20,000 nt of DNA. Source: an uncultured virus (IMG/VR IMGVR_UViG_3300017991_000058) (Duplodnaviria; Heunggongvirae; Uroviricota; Caudoviricetes). The notes under the pieces are model-generated. The model was not told where the DNA came from. It saw nothing but the letters and a program-made list of their open reading frames with translations, and ran no database searches. Location: IMG/VR virus record IMGVR_UViG_3300017991_000058. One strand, 5' to 3'. Positions 15,045 to 20,000 of the stretch are shown here, piece after piece. A program made the translations under genes and the position numbers. The stretch's first letter is position 1. Every line of letters begins with the position of its first letter.

Positions 15045-17336
15045 TCAGCAGATCGTACCCGTCATCGTGGCCGATGCCTCGATCGACGCGCCGCTGACCC
15101 GCCTGAGGACGATGACGGTGTCGCCCTCTGCGGGAGCTACAGGAAACGGGTTGTCGCTGTTGACAGAGATCGCACCGTTCGCCTGGGCGTACGCCTCGAT
15201 CGTCCGTGCCGCCACCCACCCGGCGGCAGCGACGACGACGACGGTCATGTACTTGAAGGTGTCGTCCGGCTCCGTGAGGGACGTCCCGAACGTGATCGCA
15301 GTCGGTGTCGGCGTCGCCCCCACCGTCGTCTCGGCCGCCATCGAGTTGAGCGCTCGCCCCACCGTTCCTGGGTCCTGATGCGCAGCGATGGACTGGTCGA
15401 GGATCGTCTCGGCGACGACGACTGGGTCGACCCCGGCCGCCGCGTCGTTCAGGGCCGCGCCGGTGGAGCCCGCGCCGACGTGCCCCGAGATCGCCTCGTC
15501 CCAGACGGCGTCGACGACGGCGACGACCTGCGCGGCCGTCAGCGCCATCTCGTCCCCGGCGACGGCACGGCTGCTGATCAGCTCGTCGAGGTTGTCGAGC
15601 AGAGCCGCCCTGACGCTCGTGTACCCCTGCGCGACCAGCGCAGCGACGCACGCCGCCTGCGCCTCGGCCTGGCTCAGGTCGTTCAGTCCGGCGATCGCGG
15701 CCTGGGTCGCCGCGTGCTGGGCGATCTGGTTCGACTCGTCGGCGGGGTCGGCCGGAAGCCTCGCGTCGATCGCGGCGGTGTCGGCAAAGACGCCCTGAAG
15801 CTGCCCGCCGGTCGCGGCCGTCTTCGCCCCGTCCACCCCGATGGCGTCGCGGATCTGCTCCCGCTCCGAAGACGTCCAATCGACCCCGGCGCCGCTGCTC
15901 GCGTCGTTCAGAGCCTCGCCCGTCGAGCCCACTCCGAGGTGGTCGGCGATCGTCTCGTCCCAGACTCCGTCGGCGATCTCGTCGACCGCGTCGGAGGCCA
16001 GGGCGTCGGCGTCCACAGCTCCGGCGGCGATGGCCGCCGCGTCGACTACCCCTGCCTGCATGGCTCCGACGTCGGAGTCCATCCGCCCGCCGACGAGAGA
16101 CGTCGGGAGACGGGTCTGGATGTCGTCCGTGTCGGCCTGGACGGCGGCCACGGCCGCGGCCGTGGCGAGACCGGACTGGATCTCGGCCACCGCGTCGGAT
16201 GCCAAGGCATCGGCGTCGACGGCGTCGGTGGCGATCGCCCCGGCCGTGATCGCCCCGTTGTCGATGGCCTCGACGTGGGACCTCATCCTGCCCCCGGAGA
16301 GCGTGGCAGGAAGGCGGGTCTGGATGTCGTCCGTGTCGGCCTGGACGGCGGCAACCTCCGCGGACGTGGACAGTCCCGACTGGATCTCCGCGACGGCATC
16401 GGCCGCAAGAGCGTCGGCATCGACGGAGTCGGTCTGCATGGCTCCGACGTCGGAGTCCATCCTCCCCCCGACGAGAGCCGCCGGCAGCCTGGACTGGATG
16501 TCCTGGGTGTCCGCCTCGACGTCCGTGAGTTGGGACGCCGTGGCGAGACCGGACTGGATCTCGGACACGGCATCGGACGCGAGTGCATCGGCGTCGATTG
16601 CGTCAGCCCCTACGACTGAGGCACTGACTACGCCGGCCTGCATGGCTCCGACGTCGGAGTCCATCCTACCTCCGACGAGGGCCGCCGGAAGGCGAGACTG
16701 GATGTCCTGGGTGTCCGTCTCGACGTCCGTGAGCTGGGACGCAGTCGCCAGCCCGGACTGGATCTCGGCCACCGCGTCGGCGGCGAGCGCGTCGGCGTCC
16801 ACGGCGTCGGTGGCGATGGCCGCCGCTGAGACGACGCCGGCCTGCATCGCACCGACGTCGGAGTCCATCCTCCCGGAGACCAGCGCGGCGGGAAGGCGGG
16901 TCTGGATGTCGTCCGTGTCGGCCTGGACGTCGGAGACGTCGGACTGCGTCGCGGAGTGCTCGTCGAACAGGTCCTTCACCCACTGGTCGACCTTCAGCTC
17001 GTCGACGAACGGCGTGTTCTTCGCGGTCCCGCCCGTCTCGTCGATGCGGATCATGTAGGTGTCGTCGGCCGTCGGGCTGACGATCGCCGACGTGTCCCAG
17101 TCGTAGTAGTACTCGCCCGGGGCCAGCGACGACGACACCTCCGACATCGTCGCCTGCCGGGTCGTCCACCCGGACGCCTTGAAGGTGTCGTCGTTGAAGT
17201 CGTACCAGAAGCCGTCGCTGACCCGCTGGATCGCCAGAACGACCGTGGAGAGCCCGGTCAGGGCCGCGAGACTCCCGTCCTTCACGACCGGAGTCTGGAT
17301 GCGCTCGGTGGACCCTGCGATGATTCGCGTCGTCAC
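15045..17336 (-). CDS. Acidic repeat-rich fibre/whisker-like virion protein (763 aa)
   Basis: Beta-rich N-terminal domain, five 58-68-aa repeats, three VWDE-type repeats and a small C-terminal beta domain; GTG start with GAGGAG SD. Confidence 0.72.
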   Translation of the reverse strand: MTTRIIAGSTERIQTPVVKDGSLAALTGLSTVVLAIQRVSDGFWYDFNDDTFKASGWTTRQATMSEVSSSLAPGEYYYDWDTSAIVSPTADDTYMIRIDETGGTAKNTPFVDELKVDQWVKDLFDEHSATQSDVSDVQADTDDIQTRLPAALVSGRMDSDVGAMQAGVVSAAAIATDAVDADALAADAVAEIQSGLATASQLTDVETDTQDIQSRLPAALVGGRMDSDVGAMQAGVVSASVVGADAIDADALASDAVSEIQSGLATASQLTDVEADTQDIQSRLPAALVGGRMDSDVGAMQTDSVDADALAADAVAEIQSGLSTSAEVAAVQADTDDIQTRLPATLSGGRMRSHVEAIDNGAITAGAIATDAVDADALASDAVAEIQSGLATAAAVAAVQADTDDIQTRLPTSLVGGRMDSDVGAMQAGVVDAAAIAAGAVDADALASDAVDEIADGVWDETIADHLGVGSTGEALNDASSGAGVDWTSSEREQIRDAIGVDGAKTAATGGQLQGVFADTAAIDARLPADPADESNQIAQHAATQAAIAGLNDLSQAEAQAACVAALVAQGYTSVRAALLDNLDELISSRAVAGDEMALTAAQVVAVVDAVWDEAISGHVGAGSTGAALNDAAAGVDPVVVAETILDQSIAAHQDPGTVGRALNSMAAETTVGATPTPTAITFGTSLTEPDDTFKYMTVVVVAAAGWVAARTIEAYAQANGAISVNSDNPFPVAPAEGDTVIVLRRVSGASIEASATMTGTIC
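15975..16930 (-). repeat. Intragenic tandem repeat, 5 units, periods 204/204/174/204 bp
   Basis: Anchor ctggatgtc at 16902, 16698, 16494, 16320 and 16116; unit consensus DTDDIQTRLPAALVGGRMDSDVGAMQAGVVxAxAIATDAVDADALAxDAVAEIQSGLAT. Confidence 0.95.
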
Positions 17337-17339
17337 GGT

Positions 17340-17783
17340 TCAACTCTCCTCTCTGGCGTCGAGCAGCCTGGCGGTCTCCCCGGTCGTCGGGTCCGGAACC
17401 TCCTCGCTGATGAGAAACTCGTAGAGAACGTCGCGCACGACGTCGAACAGCCTCTCGATCCGGCTGAGGCCGTCGTACGGGACCGTCTGCGCGCCGCAGC
17501 CCCGACACTCCTCCGACAGCGCGCTCCACTCCCCGCAGGCCGGGCAGCGTCTGAGACTCATCCCGCCCTTCAGCGGGTGGTTCCCGTTCTCGATCTTGAA
17601 CTCGATCGGCGGCCACTCCCTGTCGGCCACGAACGTCCCGTCCACGTCGGCTCCGTAGCAGACCCAGATCTTCACCCACCGCTCGACGTTGTCCTCGATC
17701 TTCACCGCGACGATCTTGGCCCTGGTCGGTGGAGGGGGCGGCGGCGGGGGCGGGGGCGGTGGGTTGTTCAGTGCTACCGACAT
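17340..17783 (-). CDS. Hypothetical protein with Pro12 tract and CxxC-x9-CxxC zinc ribbon (147 aa)
   Basis: GGGAG SD; fills the gap between neighbours; CPACGEWSALSEECRGCG. Confidence 0.8.
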   Translation of the reverse strand: MSVALNNPPPPPPPPPPPPTRAKIVAVKIEDNVERWVKIWVCYGADVDGTFVADREWPPIEFKIENGNHPLKGGMSLRRCPACGEWSALSEECRGCGAQTVPYDGLSRIERLFDVVRDVLYEFLISEEVPDPTTGETARLLDAREES

Positions 17784-17793
17784 CGGTCTCTCC

Positions 17794-19074
17794 CTAGACG
17801 GCCCTGGCGAACGCGCCCCTCTCGACGGCCCTTCGATAGACGTCGACCGTCCGCGCCGCGGAGGCGTCCCAGGTGAAGTCGCGGACGCGGCGCATGCCGA
17901 GGTCGACCAGCTCGGCCCGGAGCTCTGGACTGCGCAGGTCCCTGAGCGCCGCGAGGATGCTCCCCGGACTCCGCGGCCGGACGACCATCGCGTACTCCCG
18001 GCCGGAGGCGTCGCAGACGATCTCCCCGAGCCCGTCGACGTCCGTGGCTATCAGCGGAGTCCCCATCGCCATCGCCTCTAGAGCGACGAGCCCGAACGGC
18101 TCGTGGATCGACGGCATCAGGACGACGTCGGCGAGCGCGTAGAGATCGCGAAGGGCCTGACCGTGCTTGAACTTCACCCAGCGGAGACGCTCCGGATGGG
18201 CCTGCTCGAGCGCCCTTATCCGCCGCGTCACCTCCCAACGCTCTACGTCGTTCTCGGTGTTCGCGGCGACGTCGCCGGCCATGACGACCTGCCAGCCGGA
18301 GTCCGCGCTCTCGATCGCCTCGATCAGAGGGACGACGCCCTTCATCGTCGCGATCCGCCCGCAGTACAGGGCGACCGGACGGCGGGAGATCGGCAGGCCG
18401 TCCGCGAAGCCAAGACCGCAGTCCGAGTAGGCGCGCTCCCCGTCTCCGGCGTCCGGGTTCCACTCGTCGACGTTCACACCGTTGTAGATGAGGTTTATCT
18501 GGCGGTCCGTCATGAAGTGGCTGCGGACGATGTCGACGTACGCCTGCGAGCACAGGATCAGCTCGTGCGGATCGCAGATCAGGTGCCCCTCCTGGTTCGC
18601 GCAGTACAGGTCGCCGTCGCTCCATCTGTGCATCTGGACCGCGCCGGCCGGGCTCTCGACGCGGGCCAGGTAGCTCAGACAGAGGTGCATCGTCCCGACC
18701 ATCGGGATGCGGAGCGCGTCGCGGACCATCCTGGCCGTCTGGATGGAGCTCCACTCGTGGGCGTGGACGACGTCCCACCGGCGGCCGTCGGCGATCATCC
18801 TGGTGACCGTCCTGGCGAGCTGGATGTCTAGGAACGGCCAGCTCGCGAGTCCGGGGTTCCGGGGGCGGTAGCACACGAGGTTGTCGGCGTACCACTTCGT
18901 CACGCCGAGATACGGGTCCGGGCCCTCCTTCCCCCCTACCGTCAGCAGGTCGATCCTGACGTCGTGCCCCCTGGCCATGGCCCGATAGTTCTCCCGGAGG
19001 TGCATCCCCATCCCGCCGAGGATGTCCTCCGGGTCCTCGGTGCAGATCGCCAGAACTCGCAGAGGATCGCTCAT
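17794..19074 (-). CDS. Glycosyltransferase family 4 (GT-B fold, 426 aa)
   Basis: GGMGMH, DVVHAHEW, GTMH, IYNGVN, YCGRIATMKG, ADVVLMPSIHEPFGLVALEAMAMGTPLIATDVDGLGEIV (EX7E motif), FTWD. Confidence 0.97.
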   Translation of the reverse strand: MSDPLRVLAICTEDPEDILGGMGMHLRENYRAMARGHDVRIDLLTVGGKEGPDPYLGVTKWYADNLVCYRPRNPGLASWPFLDIQLARTVTRMIADGRRWDVVHAHEWSSIQTARMVRDALRIPMVGTMHLCLSYLARVESPAGAVQMHRWSDGDLYCANQEGHLICDPHELILCSQAYVDIVRSHFMTDRQINLIYNGVNVDEWNPDAGDGERAYSDCGLGFADGLPISRRPVALYCGRIATMKGVVPLIEAIESADSGWQVVMAGDVAANTENDVERWEVTRRIRALEQAHPERLRWVKFKHGQALRDLYALADVVLMPSIHEPFGLVALEAMAMGTPLIATDVDGLGEIVCDASGREYAMVVRPRSPGSILAALRDLRSPELRAELVDLGMRRVRDFTWDASAARTVDVYRRAVERGAFARAV

Positions 19075-19595
19075 CCGAACACCATGAACTCGCCCCAGCA
19101 GTTCAGCGTCTCATAGCCGGACCCGAAGTTCGTCCACTCCGTGCGGAGGACCCTCGTCGACGGGCCGGTCAGGGTCAGATAGGCATCCCTCAGCGCGAGG
19201 ACGAGGTTTCCGCTCGCGTCGAACACCTTGTGGGACAGGTAGAGCGCCCCGCCCGCCTTGGAGTACGCCGCGTTGTAGCTCGTCGACGCGAGAGTACCGT
19301 GCCCTCCCAGCGACACGGTCGCCGCGTCGAGCGACGATCGCCCCGCGACCCCGGTGACGCCGGCCTTCCCGCCTCCCTGGTCGGTCGAGTGGAGCGATCG
19401 GAGGTTGAACATCACCGCGACGGCGTCGAACGGGACGGCGATGTCCCACACCCCCGGGCCGCCCGGGAGCGGAGATACCGACAGCGACGTGTTCGAGACC
19501 TCGATGTTGCTCGGCCGAATGTGGTGCTGGTCGATCCCGACGTTCTCCAACGCCGAGTGGAGCTCCGGGATCTCTCTCCAGTCTCGCGGTCTCAT
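19071..19595 (-). CDS. Hypothetical beta-rich protein (174 aa), paralog of the upstream gene
   Basis: ATG 19595 with upstream GGTGAGG; stop overlaps the GT start (ATGA). Confidence 0.8.
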   Translation of the reverse strand: MRPRDWREIPELHSALENVGIDQHHIRPSNIEVSNTSLSVSPLPGGPGVWDIAVPFDAVAVMFNLRSLHSTDQGGGKAGVTGVAGRSSLDAATVSLGGHGTLASTSYNAAYSKAGGALYLSHKVFDASGNLVLALRDAYLTLTGPSTRVLRTEWTNFGSGYETLNCWGEFMVFG

Positions 19596-19610
19596 GGCCT
19601 CACCCAGAGC

Positions 19611-19619
19611 AGCTTATCA
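19611..19619 (-). promoter_or_regulatory. Candidate extended -10 promoter TGaTAAGCT
   Basis: In the 31-nt gap, 15 nt upstream of ATG 19595. Confidence 0.45.
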
Positions 19620-19626
19620 CAGCGGC

Positions 19627-20000
19627 TCACTTCGCGATCAGCGACCCGTACACCCTGAGGTTCTGGTTCGATCCGCTGAGGTTGGAGAACAGAAGGACGG
19701 CGTCGTCGCCGTCGATGTAGGCGTCCTTCAGGGCGATTGACGTCCCGTAGGCGCCGACGTACGACAGGAGCGTGTCGCCGTAGAGACGGCTGTAGCTCCC
19801 GCAGTAGCTGTTCGTGCCCGACGGGTAGGGACGAACGTTCACCGCAGCGCCCTGGCCCGTCGTCGCCGAGCCGATGAAGAAGCACCCCTCGTGGCCCTGG
19901 ACGTCGATGTTCGCCACTCCGCGCAGGACGCCGCGGACCGTCTGGCATCCAGACTTCCCGAGGTCGACCCTGTACTCGTAGTCGCCCGGCGAGATCGATA
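19627..20000 (-). CDS. Hypothetical beta-rich protein, 5'-truncated by the window edge
   Basis: The frame of the listed 96-aa ORF stays open to the edge (SISPGDYEYRVDLGKSGCQTVRGVLRG-VANIDVQGHEG...), so GTG 19917 is probably internal. Confidence 0.8.
   Translation of the reverse strand, partial: SISPGDYEYRVDLGKSGCQTVRGVLRGVANIDVQGHEGCFFIGSATTGQGAAVNVRPYPSGTNSYCGSYSRLYGDTLLSYVGAYGTSIALKDAYIDGDDAVLLFSNLSGSNQNLRVYGSLIAK

Noticed and set aside
15975..16930. CRISPR array or DGR template/variable repeat
   Set aside because: Units are in-frame coding repeats without unique spacers; differences are not adenine-specific and no reverse transcriptase or cas gene is present.
12..19740. Many long plus-strand ORFs (e.g. 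4198..6063, 8874..11414, 14946..16619)
   Set aside because: Antisense shadows of GC-rich minus-strand genes; no recognisable motifs and fully overlapped by well-supported CDSs.
1..20000. Stop-codon reassignment, RNA genes, IS or integrase
   Set aside because: TAG, TGA and TAA all end genes right before the next SD or start; gaps are too short for RNA genes; no transposase or recombinase motifs seen.

Overview
GC-rich (roughly 70% by eye) segment of a contractile-tailed phage or prophage virion-morphogenesis operon. About 21 tightly packed genes all lie on the minus strand, many with overlapping stop/start codons. In transcription order (20000 to 1): two diverged paralogous hypothetical genes (the first truncated by the window edge), a GT4 glycosyltransferase, a polyproline/Zn-ribbon protein, a 763-aa repeat fibre-like protein, a head-tail adaptor, an unlisted 52-aa Gly/Arg (RGG) microprotein, head closure, neck protein, an IPT/TIG-fused tail terminator-like protein, a small basic protein, sheath, T4 gp19/eCIS-type tube, a Zn-finger tail assembly chaperone with a C-CCU-UUG -1 frameshift site, TP901-type tape measure, tube initiator, LysM/gpX, late-control-D hub, gpV-type spike, a helical hypothetical protein, and a further structural gene running off the left edge. 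Capsid, terminase, baseplate wedge and integrase are not in the window. The gene set resembles, from memory only, Myxococcota prophages; the host is not established. Most notable: a glycosyltransferase embedded among virion-surface genes, an RGG microprotein with its own SD and candidate promoter, nested domain insertions in the sheath and terminator, and a TAnnCT promoter-like motif in five of the six larger intergenic gaps. All product calls come from motif recognition and synteny; no database search was run.
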